The notes: generated by a model not told the origin, from the sequence alone. DNA of 64,000 nucleotides from an uncultured Eubacteriales bacterium (GCA_949743655.1 CATJUP010000106.1:5389-69388); one strand, 5' to 3'; numbered from the stretch's first letter, positions 46,255 through 55,303 are shown. Translations and numbers: made by a program.

Positions 46255-47706
46255 ATGTCCGATATGTTAAGGGTAACTACCCCGCCAACAAATATTGAAA
46301 ACGCGCCGCGTACACAGCCAGTATCAGTAAATAACCCCAATATACAAAATATAGCAGACCCTACAAAAGTTACAAGACCAGACGGACAGGGCAATGAACA
46401 AAAAGAGCAGCTTGGGCTTAGTTACGATTCTAATTATGGCGCATTTTTAACAGCTTTAAGAGATACTCCAAACATTACGGAAACATTTTCGCAGTTGTTT
46501 TTTCAGTTAGGCATAGAGGTAAATGATAATGTTCAAACAGGTCTTAGCGCTGAATTTGTAAGTTTACTTAAAGGGCTTGATATGACAGAGGAACAACTGC
46601 TTGATTTTGTAAAAGAACAGGCGTCATCTGCCGTAAAGTTTGGCGGTAATTTTTTTGAAGGAATTGACGAAGTTTTAAAAAGCACAAACTCTCCAGAACT
46701 TCAAAGAGAGATTATAAATTTTGTTAAAACATTTAATGCTGTTGATTCAAGCGCCTCAACGCTTAAAAATATAAAATCTATACTTCAAAACTTAACTATG
46801 TATATGACATCAAATTATAAAATACCTCTTGAGGAGCTTACAGAAAAGCTGAATATGAGCGCCACAAAACTTAACTTTAAAAATGTGTCTGATTTAAGAC
46901 AAATATTAAATAGTTTAGGCGAAAACCCACAAAACACAGCGTTATTAAAAAAAGAGATAATACCGTTTTTATCTAATTATATAAAACAAACAAATAATAT
47001 GGGTAAAGCCCGAGACCTTATTACAATGCTTACGCTTAATGTGGCAAAGTATGAAACGGGAAATATGGAAAAGCTGCTTTTTAGTTTTAGCAAACTAATG
47101 GATTTTAGAGATTTTAAAAGCAAATTTTCAAATATCACTCCTGAAGAATTAATAAAAAATATTGTTAAAAATACCGTTAATAAAAGTAACTCCGATTTTA
47201 CAGAACAGTTTATTAATGTTTTGAAAAAAGGAGTTGATGGAAAAGGTGGCTGGGAAACAAAAGCCGCTTTTAGAGGTGTAATTAACTCATTTTTGTTAAA
47301 TCAAAGTGTTTATATGCCGCTTAGTCACTTTATAGTCCCTGCTGGAATTGACGGAAAAATGCTGTTTTCTGAAATATGGGTAGACCATGAGCATAATGAA
47401 AAAAATGAGAGAGGCGAAAAAGAAAACTGTCGCCGAATGCTTATAAAATTTGATGTTAAAGATGTTGGATTTTTTGATTTAGTTATTACACAACATCCAA
47501 ACGAGCAAGTGGATTTGCAGCTTTTTTATCCCGAGCAGCTTTCAAATAGAGAAAACGAAATCAAAAAAGACATAAACAATATTATGGGTAAAAATGGTAT
47601 AGATTTGCGTAATTTTGCTGTTAATAAATCATTAATACCAAAAAAAATTTCTGAGGTTTTTCCGCGGATATATGAAAGGATAAATGCTGTAGATGTTAAA
47701 ATCTAA
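46255..47706 (+). CDS. Hypothetical protein, possible FliK-like partner of the downstream FlhB-C-terminal-like protein
   Basis: 483 aa. The C-terminal segment RRMLIKFDVKDVGFFDLVITQHPNEQVDLQLFYPEQ resembles the Flg_hook/T3S4 beta-pattern of FliK. Its 3' end overlaps the next gene by 14 nt. Confidence 0.35.
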   Translation: MSDMLRVTTPPTNIENAPRTQPVSVNNPNIQNIADPTKVTRPDGQGNEQKEQLGLSYDSNYGAFLTALRDTPNITETFSQLFFQLGIEVNDNVQTGLSAEFVSLLKGLDMTEEQLLDFVKEQASSAVKFGGNFFEGIDEVLKSTNSPELQREIINFVKTFNAVDSSASTLKNIKSILQNLTMYMTSNYKIPLEELTEKLNMSATKLNFKNVSDLRQILNSLGENPQNTALLKKEIIPFLSNYIKQTNNMGKARDLITMLTLNVAKYETGNMEKLLFSFSKLMDFRDFKSKFSNITPEELIKNIVKNTVNKSNSDFTEQFINVLKKGVDGKGGWETKAAFRGVINSFLLNQSVYMPLSHFIVPAGIDGKMLFSEIWVDHEHNEKNERGEKENCRRMLIKFDVKDVGFFDLVITQHPNEQVDLQLFYPEQLSNRENEIKKDINNIMGKNGIDLRNFAVNKSLIPKKISEVFPRIYERINAVDVKI

Positions 47707-47977
47707 TTTAAATAAAAAAGCTGTGGCTCTTAGTTATGAAAGTGATGATAACGCACCTGTTGTTGTGGCTACTGGCATGGGGTATATGGCCGAAAAAATA
47801 GTGGAAACAGCTATAGAAAATAATGTTCCGGTTTTTGAAGATAACTCGCTTGCAACTCTTTTGTCGCGGCTTGAGCTTGGTCAGGAAATACCAGAGGAAC
47901 TTTATAAAGCTATAGTTGACATATATGTGTATTTTTTAAGATTTTCAATGGATAAACATAAAGAAAATGTCGATTAA
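47693..47977 (+). CDS. Free-standing FlhB C-terminal (FlhB-CC)-like protein, EscU/YscU/HrcU family (YlqH-like)
   Basis: KKAVALSYESDDNAPVVVATGMGYMAEKIVETAIENNVPVFEDNSLATLL..IPEELYKAIVDIYVY aligns with FlhB residues just after NPTH (FAVALKYD..APVVVAKGQDELALRIIKVAEENNIYVIENKPLARAIY..IPVDYYGAVAEILVYVY); it has no NPTH and no TM region. Confidence 0.85.
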   Translation: MLKSNLNKKAVALSYESDDNAPVVVATGMGYMAEKIVETAIENNVPVFEDNSLATLLSRLELGQEIPEELYKAIVDIYVYFLRFSMDKHKENVD

Positions 47978-48043
47978 ACACTGTACTTTTGTCTTTATAT
48001 TATTTATAATTGATAATATAAAAAACTTGGGGGAATAAACAAT

Positions 48044-48679
48044 ATGATAGACAAAGTTACGATATTAGACAAACCTGGTCAATATAAAATTGGTGGTAGA
48101 ATTAAATTTTATGCCACTAAAAAAGAGGCTGCAATTTCTCTTGATGAAAAAGAGGTAAAAGGAGTTGATTTTTCTGCTAATGAGGAAATAAAACTTATTG
48201 TATATGGAAGTTATTATGAGTATTATTCCGCTGTAGTTGACGTTTTTGATAGGGATTTTAAAGTTTTAAAAGTTAAAAATATATGTACTAACGGAGAAGG
48301 CAAGGGACCAGAAGACTTAAAAGTTGACATGGAGTGTAAGCTGTCAATAATGTTTAAAAATGAAAACAATGATACAATGAGTTTGGAAGTACGGCTTAGA
48401 GATTTAAGTGCCAGTGGTTTTTGTTTTGTGTCACAAAAAGACTTAGCACAAGACATAAGATATGAACTTATATTTTCAATATTGAAAGAACCTATTATAA
48501 TTAATTTTGATATTCTAAGAAAAGTTTATCGTTATGAAGAAAAAGAGTATGTTTACGGCTGTAAGTTTGTAAATTTGGATGAAAAGGAGGAAGAAATGTT
48601 ACGCCAACAGGTTTATCATACAAACTATGTCGCTTTAAAAAAATTAAATTATAAAAATAAGTTAAAGCAGGAGGTTTGA
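48044..48679 (+). CDS. PilZ-like (YcgR-type) protein with DxSxxG but no evident RxxxR
   Basis: LRDLSASGFCFVS (DxSxxG) and C-terminal beta-barrel-like pattern ending YGCKFVNLDEKEEEMLRQ; no RxxxR in the 20-40 residues upstream. Confidence 0.5.
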   Translation: MIDKVTILDKPGQYKIGGRIKFYATKKEAAISLDEKEVKGVDFSANEEIKLIVYGSYYEYYSAVVDVFDRDFKVLKVKNICTNGEGKGPEDLKVDMECKLSIMFKNENNDTMSLEVRLRDLSASGFCFVSQKDLAQDIRYELIFSILKEPIIINFDILRKVYRYEEKEYVYGCKFVNLDEKEEEMLRQQVYHTNYVALKKLNYKNKLKQEV

Positions 48680-48681
48680 TA

Positions 48682-51600
48682 ATGATTAAAAAAGTTGTAG
48701 CCGCTGTTATGTCGGCGGTATTAATATTAGGTACGGTAACAATAGGTTATGCCGCCGACCAAAATCATTGGGCACAGCCTTATTTAGAAAATCTTTTTAA
48801 TTATGGAATTATGCGTGGTGACATATCAGGTAGTTTTGAGCCTGATAGACCTATAACAAGAGCGGAATTTGTTTCTATGACAAATAGGGCTTTTGGTTAT
48901 GACGATTATAAAGGAAAAAACCCTTTTAGAGATATAACAGGAAAAGAATGGTACGCTGATGATATGGCTATAGCGTATTATAAGGGCTATTTATCTGGTG
49001 TTGGAAGAAATGTGGCAGACCCTGACGGGGAGCTTACAAGAGAACAAGCGGTAAGTATTATATGCCGTAATCTTAAATTAGAAACACCTTTGGGTGAGGA
49101 CCTTCATTTTACAGATAGCCGTACATTTAGTACATGGAGCAGAGGACACATAGCTACATCTGCTGAAAGAGGTTATATAAACGGATACACAGACGGTTCT
49201 TTTCGTCCTAAAAACAATATAACAAGGGGCGAGGCGGCAAAAATATTTTCTGACGTAGTTGGAAAACTTATAAATAACAACGGAAATTATACATTTGGTA
49301 ATGTAAGCGGAAACGTTACAATAGCCAGTACAGATGTTGAACTTTCTGACACAACTATTTATGGTGATTTATATATTACATCTGGAGTTGGTACTGGTTT
49401 TGTAAGGCTTAATAATGTTAGCGTAATGGGCGAAACTATTATAAACGGCGGTGGAGAAAGTAACGCCGGTGATAATAGTATTGACTTTGATAGTTGTTTT
49501 ATAAACAAACTTATTATAGACGGTGATAAAGATAAAGTAGTTGCTTTATCATGTTCAAATGAAAGCACTATTGTAAAAACAATAGCTAAAACAGATACGT
49601 ATATAGAAGATTTTGATGAGACAGGAAGTGGATTTTTAGATATTGAAGTATCAGGAGAACCTGGAACAACACTTACAGTTTCTGGTGATTTTGATAAAAT
49701 ATCAATAATGAAACCTGAAAACAGGCTTGTTGTTGGTAGAGGCACTGTACAAAATATAGTTGTTGATGAAGACGCTATTGACAGTATTTTAGAATTAAGC
49801 AGAAATAGTTATGTAAGTGAGTTAAGTATTGACGCTAACTGCACTGTTACAGGAACGGGAGATATAGGAAGAGCCGTTATAAACACACAGGGTGTTACAG
49901 TTGAGGGACTTCCAGATGATATTATTATACGTCCAGGTATTACAGCAACTGTAAATGGAAGAAACATGACAAGCTCGGACGGAGAAATGGCATCTTCACA
50001 GCCAAGAATATCAGCAGGATACCCAAAAGAATATGAAATGGGACCTAAGACAGCTAATCTGCTTTTTGAAACAAATAAAGCGGGAACTATATATTGGGCT
50101 GTAACTCTTGAAGAAGATGATGAACCTTCTAAAGATGAGATAATGAAGCCTAAAAATGTAAAAAGAATTTTAAAAAGCGGAATTGTGAAAATGACAGATG
50201 GAAATGTTGAGACAAACTTAAACGTAAGTGGTCTTAGCGCTGACGAGGACTATGTTATATCAGCCGTTTTGGAAGATGAGAGAAGCGACACAAGCCGTAT
50301 AAAAACTTATGAGTTTACTACTCTTGATAATTTAATACCAAATTTTGGCAAAGGCTATCCAGCGGTTAAATCAACAACAAGCACAAGCGCAACTTTCCGT
50401 ATTATGACAGACAAAGATTGTAGTGCTTACTGGTCAGTTCTTCCGCGTAACTATACGGCGCCTACAGAGCGTCAGCTTAAAAATGACGATATTGACGGCG
50501 ATAAAGACAGCGGTTCTGAAAGAGGATTAAAGAAAAATAGAGAAGAGACATTTACAGCTACAGGACTTAATGAAAAAACAAACTATGATATTTACATAGT
50601 GCTTACTGACGGCGATAATGACTCTAAAATTTCAAAAATAAGTTTTATGACATCAGATACAACTCCTCCTGAGTTTGCGGCTGATTATCCTAAAGAAGAC
50701 AAAAAGACCGAAAAAAGTGTTGACGTAAGAATAAAAGTAAATGAAACAGCTACAGTTTATTATGTTGCTGTGCCAAAAGGTTCTGTATTTCCACCGCCTG
50801 TACCTCCAGCTATAAAACCGCCGGCACTTGACTCGCAGGCTGCTAAAGATGCTGTTAAAACAGGCAACAACACAGTGGTAAACGGAAGATTTAGTGTTAA
50901 AGAAAACACCGAAGGAATACTTAAAGTAAATAAACTTGAGGCTGAAACAATGTACGACCTTTATTTAATGGCTGAAGACGCTTCAGGCAATCAGTCGGTG
51001 GTTGTAAAAACAAGCATAAAAACAACTGATATGGTTCCTCCTACCGCGTCACTATCATTTAGCGATGAAATTAATGGAGAGCCAAAAGTTACATCTGATG
51101 TAAGTATTGTGTTTAGTGAGGAAGTTTGGGACAGAATTACTTTACAGCCTATTACTATGGAAGACTTAAAAAGCCATGTATCATTTTATGATATGTCTGA
51201 GAGAAAAGAAGTGCTTATGGATATAGACTACTCTTTGGCTAAAATAGAATTAGACGAAGAATATATGCGTACGGTTATTACTTTCCCTCCAGAGGCGCTT
51301 AATCTTAACAGTGGCGATAGCTATCAGGTTGAGTTAAACCAAATAGTGGATACATCTAATAACAGAATGAAAGACAAAACTCGTCTTCCTATATTTAAAA
51401 CAGTTTCGCCTCAGGTCGAAATCAGAAGAACTGAATCGCCTGATGACATGGATATAACATTTGAAATAAGTCCAGAGTCTGTTAAAACAGCAGACACAAC
51501 AATGTTTGACATGATATTTGAATCTGACACAACAGTTGAGTTTGATTTGTTTATTAAAGACGAAAATGGAGAGTTTGTTAAAGTTTTAAATAAAAGGGGA

Positions 51601-53229
51601 TATAGACCTCTTATATTTGAAAACAGCGCAATGACACTTCACTATATGATAGACAGAATGGACGAACGTAAAGAGGACTATGTATTTGAAAAATTTAATG
51701 AACTTACGTATAGAGAATATGGAATAAGGTTTACAGGCATAGAGGGAATAGCTGAACGCGGAAGCTGGAATAAAGATATAGAGATAAGCATAAAGTGTGT
51801 TATAGGCTCAAAAACAGTATTAAGCGCTCTTGCTGGAAACCCTATAAACGGTTTTGCGACTGCTCTTAAAAATGGGGCGTCACAGGTAAACTTCCCACTT
51901 GAGTTTAGCGTTTCAGCATCATTTACAGATACTGTAATACCAGAGTTTGTTTATGAAACAGAAAACGCTGACAGGCAATATCCTCGCCTTACAAACAACG
52001 AAATAGGCGATACATTGATACGACCAATTATTATGACAACTAAAAACGCAGAACTCTATTATCTTATAGCGCCAAAGGGCACAGTTTCGTATGATGATGA
52101 CGATATAGCCAAACAAAAAGAATTTGCGTTACTTGTTATGGGCGGCTCTATAAGACCAAATGGAGGAGTAAGAGGCTCGTATACAGTTGAGAGCGCATTT
52201 GTAGAGTATCCTCTTCTTATTGAGGGACTTACACCTGAAACAGATTACGATTTGTTTATGTTCCTTAAAGGTACTCCGGCGGAACCTTCAAATGTGACTC
52301 ATAGAGTATTTAGAACAGCTAAAGTAGCACCTCCTATAATTTCTGTACAGGTAACATCAAGAGGAGAAGACAGTGTTACATTAAGAATTGAGTCTAATAA
52401 AAACGCCACTGTGGATTGGATACTTTTGCCAAGCCTTAGCACAGATGGTTGGTTTAATGAAGATAAAACGGATTTAAACCCTGGTAATGAAGAATTTATA
52501 GCCGGTATTATACGTAATGGTAAAGAAAATGAGGTTTATCGACCAATAGACTTTGGCACTACAAAAGTACGATATAACCGAACAGAAAATAAATATTATA
52601 CAGAGGTAACAGTAAAAGGCATAGAAAGAAATGTGTACTATAATTTCTTTGCTGTGGCTAAAACTACTCTCGGCAGCGGAGAGACTAATGTTGGTGATGA
52701 CTCTAATATAGCTTTCCAAAGAGAAATTACACCGGTTGACGTAACGCCGCCTACAATACATGTAAATACAGTTATAAATAATGGCAGCAAACAGAGTGCC
52801 GGAAAACCATATAGTGGAACTGTTATGATTGAGTTTTCGGAGGAGGTATTGTATCTTCCAGGTGAAAACTTAGACCCACAACCTCTTACAGCCGAATTTT
52901 TTGCTAACAGTATAAGAACTTCAGCTCAAAGTAAAGACGATATTTTTGATGTTGACGATGACCTTCCGCCAGCACCAGAAACTACAGTAGCGTTGTTTGA
53001 TTATACAACAGCAAAAAATGCAGATGGTGAAAGATATATTAAAACAATAACATTTAGATTTAAAAGGGTAGTGCATAATGTTGAAATCGTATTCCCTTAC
53101 CTTATTTGTGATAAAAATAGAAATATAGCCGGAATGTTAAGACTTACTTTTGTTGATAAAGAAACCGGAACAGAAGGTGAAGGAAGAAAAAGCTCAGAGT
53201 TTGTTGGAAGTTTCTATATGGAAAATTGA
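48682..53229 (+). CDS. Giant S-layer-homology (SLH) anchored surface protein with at least five Ig/Fn3-like repeat modules
   Basis: Signal peptide (..TIGYA/ADQ). Three SLH repeats (WAQPYLENLFNYGIMRGD..; WYADDMAIAYYKGYLSG..; WSRGHIATSAERGYINGYTDGSFRP). Recurring ~100-aa modules begin GYPKEYEM.., GYPAVKST.., DYPKEDKK.., QYPRLTNN... ATG 48682 after AGGAGG, 2 nt after the PilZ-like stop. Confidence 0.85.
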   Translation: MIKKVVAAVMSAVLILGTVTIGYAADQNHWAQPYLENLFNYGIMRGDISGSFEPDRPITRAEFVSMTNRAFGYDDYKGKNPFRDITGKEWYADDMAIAYYKGYLSGVGRNVADPDGELTREQAVSIICRNLKLETPLGEDLHFTDSRTFSTWSRGHIATSAERGYINGYTDGSFRPKNNITRGEAAKIFSDVVGKLINNNGNYTFGNVSGNVTIASTDVELSDTTIYGDLYITSGVGTGFVRLNNVSVMGETIINGGGESNAGDNSIDFDSCFINKLIIDGDKDKVVALSCSNESTIVKTIAKTDTYIEDFDETGSGFLDIEVSGEPGTTLTVSGDFDKISIMKPENRLVVGRGTVQNIVVDEDAIDSILELSRNSYVSELSIDANCTVTGTGDIGRAVINTQGVTVEGLPDDIIIRPGITATVNGRNMTSSDGEMASSQPRISAGYPKEYEMGPKTANLLFETNKAGTIYWAVTLEEDDEPSKDEIMKPKNVKRILKSGIVKMTDGNVETNLNVSGLSADEDYVISAVLEDERSDTSRIKTYEFTTLDNLIPNFGKGYPAVKSTTSTSATFRIMTDKDCSAYWSVLPRNYTAPTERQLKNDDIDGDKDSGSERGLKKNREETFTATGLNEKTNYDIYIVLTDGDNDSKISKISFMTSDTTPPEFAADYPKEDKKTEKSVDVRIKVNETATVYYVAVPKGSVFPPPVPPAIKPPALDSQAAKDAVKTGNNTVVNGRFSVKENTEGILKVNKLEAETMYDLYLMAEDASGNQSVVVKTSIKTTDMVPPTASLSFSDEINGEPKVTSDVSIVFSEEVWDRITLQPITMEDLKSHVSFYDMSERKEVLMDIDYSLAKIELDEEYMRTVITFPPEALNLNSGDSYQVELNQIVDTSNNRMKDKTRLPIFKTVSPQVEIRRTESPDDMDITFEISPESVKTADTTMFDMIFESDTTVEFDLFIKDENGEFVKVLNKRGYRPLIFENSAMTLHYMIDRMDERKEDYVFEKFNELTYREYGIRFTGIEGIAERGSWNKDIEISIKCVIGSKTVLSALAGNPINGFATALKNGASQVNFPLEFSVSASFTDTVIPEFVYETENADRQYPRLTNNEIGDTLIRPIIMTTKNAELYYLIAPKGTVSYDDDDIAKQKEFALLVMGGSIRPNGGVRGSYTVESAFVEYPLLIEGLTPETDYDLFMFLKGTPAEPSNVTHRVFRTAKVAPPIISVQVTSRGEDSVTLRIESNKNATVDWILLPSLSTDGWFNEDKTDLNPGNEEFIAGIIRNGKENEVYRPIDFGTTKVRYNRTENKYYTEVTVKGIERNVYYNFFAVAKTTLGSGETNVGDDSNIAFQREITPVDVTPPTIHVNTVINNGSKQSAGKPYSGTVMIEFSEEVLYLPGENLDPQPLTAEFFANSIRTSAQSKDDIFDVDDDLPPAPETTVALFDYTTAKNADGERYIKTITFRFKRVVHNVEIVFPYLICDKNRNIAGMLRLTFVDKETGTEGEGRKSSEFVGSFYMEN

Positions 53230-53240
53230 TAACCACAATA

Positions 53241-53267
53241 AAAAAACCGCGCGTTTGCGCGGTTTTT
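53241..53267 (+). terminator. Rho-independent terminator
   Basis: A-run, CCGCGC-GTTT-GCGCGG, T5. Confidence 0.85.
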
Positions 53268-53330
53268 ATAACTAAATAAAGTGTGTTTTAATATAAATTT
53301 TTTAATAACACTTTTTTTTTAGATTTTTTA

Positions 53331-53347
53331 GCCGATAAATAATTATA
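53331..53347 (+). promoter_or_regulatory. Sigma-28-type -10 box, 17-mer identical to the fliD promoter
   Basis: GCCGATAAATAATTATA occurs identically at 31362-31378 and 53331-53347; no good TAAA at the -35 position here. Confidence 0.4.
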
Positions 53348-53392
53348 GAAGTTTTATAAATATTATTATCGTTTTTTGTAGGTGATTAAAAA

Positions 53393-54400
53393 GTGAAATT
53401 TAAACTTAAAAGGAAAAAAGTTCAGGATGAAGAAGATATAATAAATATAGAAGAAACTGAACAAGAAACTGAAAATATGGATTTGTCTGATGACGATGAC
53501 ACTAATGAAGACATTGAAAACAGTGAAAACATTGAAAGCAATGAAAATGACAAAAGCAGTGAAAACAACGAAATTGACGAAAATGACGAAACCGAAGAGA
53601 ACAACGAAAATGATAAGAGTAAGCCGAATAAAAAAAAGGTTAGTAAAAAGTTTATAGTTCTTATATTGGTTGTTTTTATAGCGGCATTTGTGGCAGGCTT
53701 TTTGTTTATAAGTAACAAAAATAATAATAAAAAGTCTTCTCAAACTGTAGATGAATATTCTATAAATATGGATAGTGTTGAGTCTATAACAGCTTTTTCA
53801 ATAAACAGCAAAGATTGTAAACTTAAAGAAATAGTGCCTTTTCAAGAGGACAGTATAAATAAAATACAGTATATATATAAAAATGATAAAAATTCTGAAG
53901 AAATAATTGAGCTTTATTCTAACTTTTTACAAAACGAGAGAGAGTTTGTGCCTTTGGAAGTAACAGAATATGAGGTTGAAGAGGGTACAGAGCTTTTAAG
54001 TTTTGCAAAACCTTCTTCTGTTGAGGATAAAATGTTTAGGATTGACATTAAAAAAGCTCAAAAAAATTACTCAATTATAATATCACGCCCTGAAAATACT
54101 ATTCCTAAGCCAGAAAAAGAAGAAAAAGAAGAAAATGTTTTTTCAAGAGACAGTGCCTTAACAGAATTTAAAGATATTATGAGTGAAAAAAATATTTTGC
54201 CTAATGATATAGAAAGCTATACACAAATTTTTGATATAGGTCAAACAATTATTAATGGTGAAGAATGTTATGGCATTACTGTATACGAAGAGGGCGATAG
54301 CGGCTATAATGATTATGTAAACAAATTCTTTATCTCCTTAAAAAGTAAAAGTATATATGTTTATAGTACAGAAACAGGAGAAACAACGAAGTTAAATTAA
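53393..54400 (+). CDS. Hypothetical single-pass membrane protein with highly acidic Asn/Glu/Asp-repeat N-terminus
   Basis: GTG start after GTAGGTGA; NEDIENSENIESNENDKSSENNEIDENDETEENNEND, TM FIVLILVVFIAAFVAGFLFI, ~220-aa extracytoplasmic region of unknown fold. Confidence 0.6.
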   Translation: MKFKLKRKKVQDEEDIINIEETEQETENMDLSDDDDTNEDIENSENIESNENDKSSENNEIDENDETEENNENDKSKPNKKKVSKKFIVLILVVFIAAFVAGFLFISNKNNNKKSSQTVDEYSINMDSVESITAFSINSKDCKLKEIVPFQEDSINKIQYIYKNDKNSEEIIELYSNFLQNEREFVPLEVTEYEVEEGTELLSFAKPSSVEDKMFRIDIKKAQKNYSIIISRPENTIPKPEKEEKEENVFSRDSALTEFKDIMSEKNILPNDIESYTQIFDIGQTIINGEECYGITVYEEGDSGYNDYVNKFFISLKSKSIYVYSTETGETTKLN

Positions 54401-54428
54401 GCCGGTTTTAATAAGGAGGTATTATAAG

Positions 54429-54908
54429 TTGTATCGGTTTAGAACTACATTTGAAATGAATAATAAACAAATAAAAAAATATATAGGCGTATATGAAAGA
54501 AGGAGAGACAGACCTTTTGTTTTTATTGTTATTATGATAGCTGTTGTGTTTTTGAGCTTAACAATATTTTTGGATATTATAAACACTTTATATTTAAAAT
54601 TAATTATATGCGCTGTAGTAATAGCATTTGTAGTATTATTTTTAATGGCGTTTAAGGCTATAAGAAAAAAGTATTTAAGAATGAAACTGCCTTTTGCTAT
54701 AGGTTCTCATGTTACATTTGAGGTTAGAGACGGATATTTAAATATAAATTGTTCTGGTATTATGAAGGGCTATCCGCCTAATTCATTAAAAAGAAAAGTA
54801 ACTATGGGCGGCGATTATATACTTACACATAAAAAAGATATTATTGTAATACCTAAAAATGTGCTTACGCCTATGGTGGTTGATGAGCTTGAAAACTATG
54901 TGATTTAA
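54429..54908 (+). CDS. Hypothetical 2-TM membrane protein (YcxB-like architecture)
   Basis: Two adjacent TM helices followed by a small C-terminal domain ending IIVIPKNVLTPMVVDELENYV; TTG start after AAGGAGG. Confidence 0.45.
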   Translation: MYRFRTTFEMNNKQIKKYIGVYERRRDRPFVFIVIMIAVVFLSLTIFLDIINTLYLKLIICAVVIAFVVLFLMAFKAIRKKYLRMKLPFAIGSHVTFEVRDGYLNINCSGIMKGYPPNSLKRKVTMGGDYILTHKKDIIVIPKNVLTPMVVDELENYVI

Positions 54909-54984
54909 AAATTGGAGCTTTGGCAGTTTTATGCTAAATTGCTTTATTATTACTTATTGTACATAAATATAATTTTTAATATGA

Positions 54985-55021
54985 GAAACGACTCTTTTGT
55001 TAAAAGAGCCGTTTCTTCTTT
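54985..55021 (+). terminator. Rho-independent terminator
   Basis: GAAACGACTCTTTT-GTT-AAAAGAGCCGTTTC (one mismatch) followed by a T-rich tract. Confidence 0.7.
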
Positions 55022-55042
55022 TCCTTGGGGAAGGATGGTATT

Positions 55043-55126
55043 ATGAATTGCTTTTTTAGGGGTTTTATTTTATTGGGGGTTTGTAAGAACATATTTGTTT
55101 CTTACAAGTTATATTATGCTATATAA
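55043..55126 (+). CDS. Possible 27-codon small ORF (MNCFFRGFILLGVCKNIFVSYKLYYAI) upstream of the ABC exporter genes
   Basis: ATG preceded by GGGGAAGGATGG; contains a 9-bp hairpin TTGTAAGAA/TTCTTACAA (55081-55107); may be spurious. Confidence 0.2.
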   Translation: MNCFFRGFILLGVCKNIFVSYKLYYAI

Positions 55127-55245
55127 TTGTTAATCCAATATATATAATCTGTAAACAAATTGTTAATATGTCTGTTTAATTGTTATATATAAAAAAGAAA
55201 TATGTTATTATAAAACTATAAATAATATAGTTTGTCAAAAAAATT

Positions 55246-55276
55246 GAGACATTATATTGTGTTGGTCTCTTTTTTT
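55246..55276 (+). terminator. Terminator-like hairpin + T7 immediately upstream of the ABC exporter RBS (candidate attenuator)
   Basis: GAGAC(55246-55250)/GTCTC(55265-55269), 14-nt loop, TTTTTTT(55270-55276); flanked by an A7 run upstream. Confidence 0.35.
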
Positions 55277-55303
55277 GATTTTATAAAAAAGGAGGGTTTT
55301 AAA

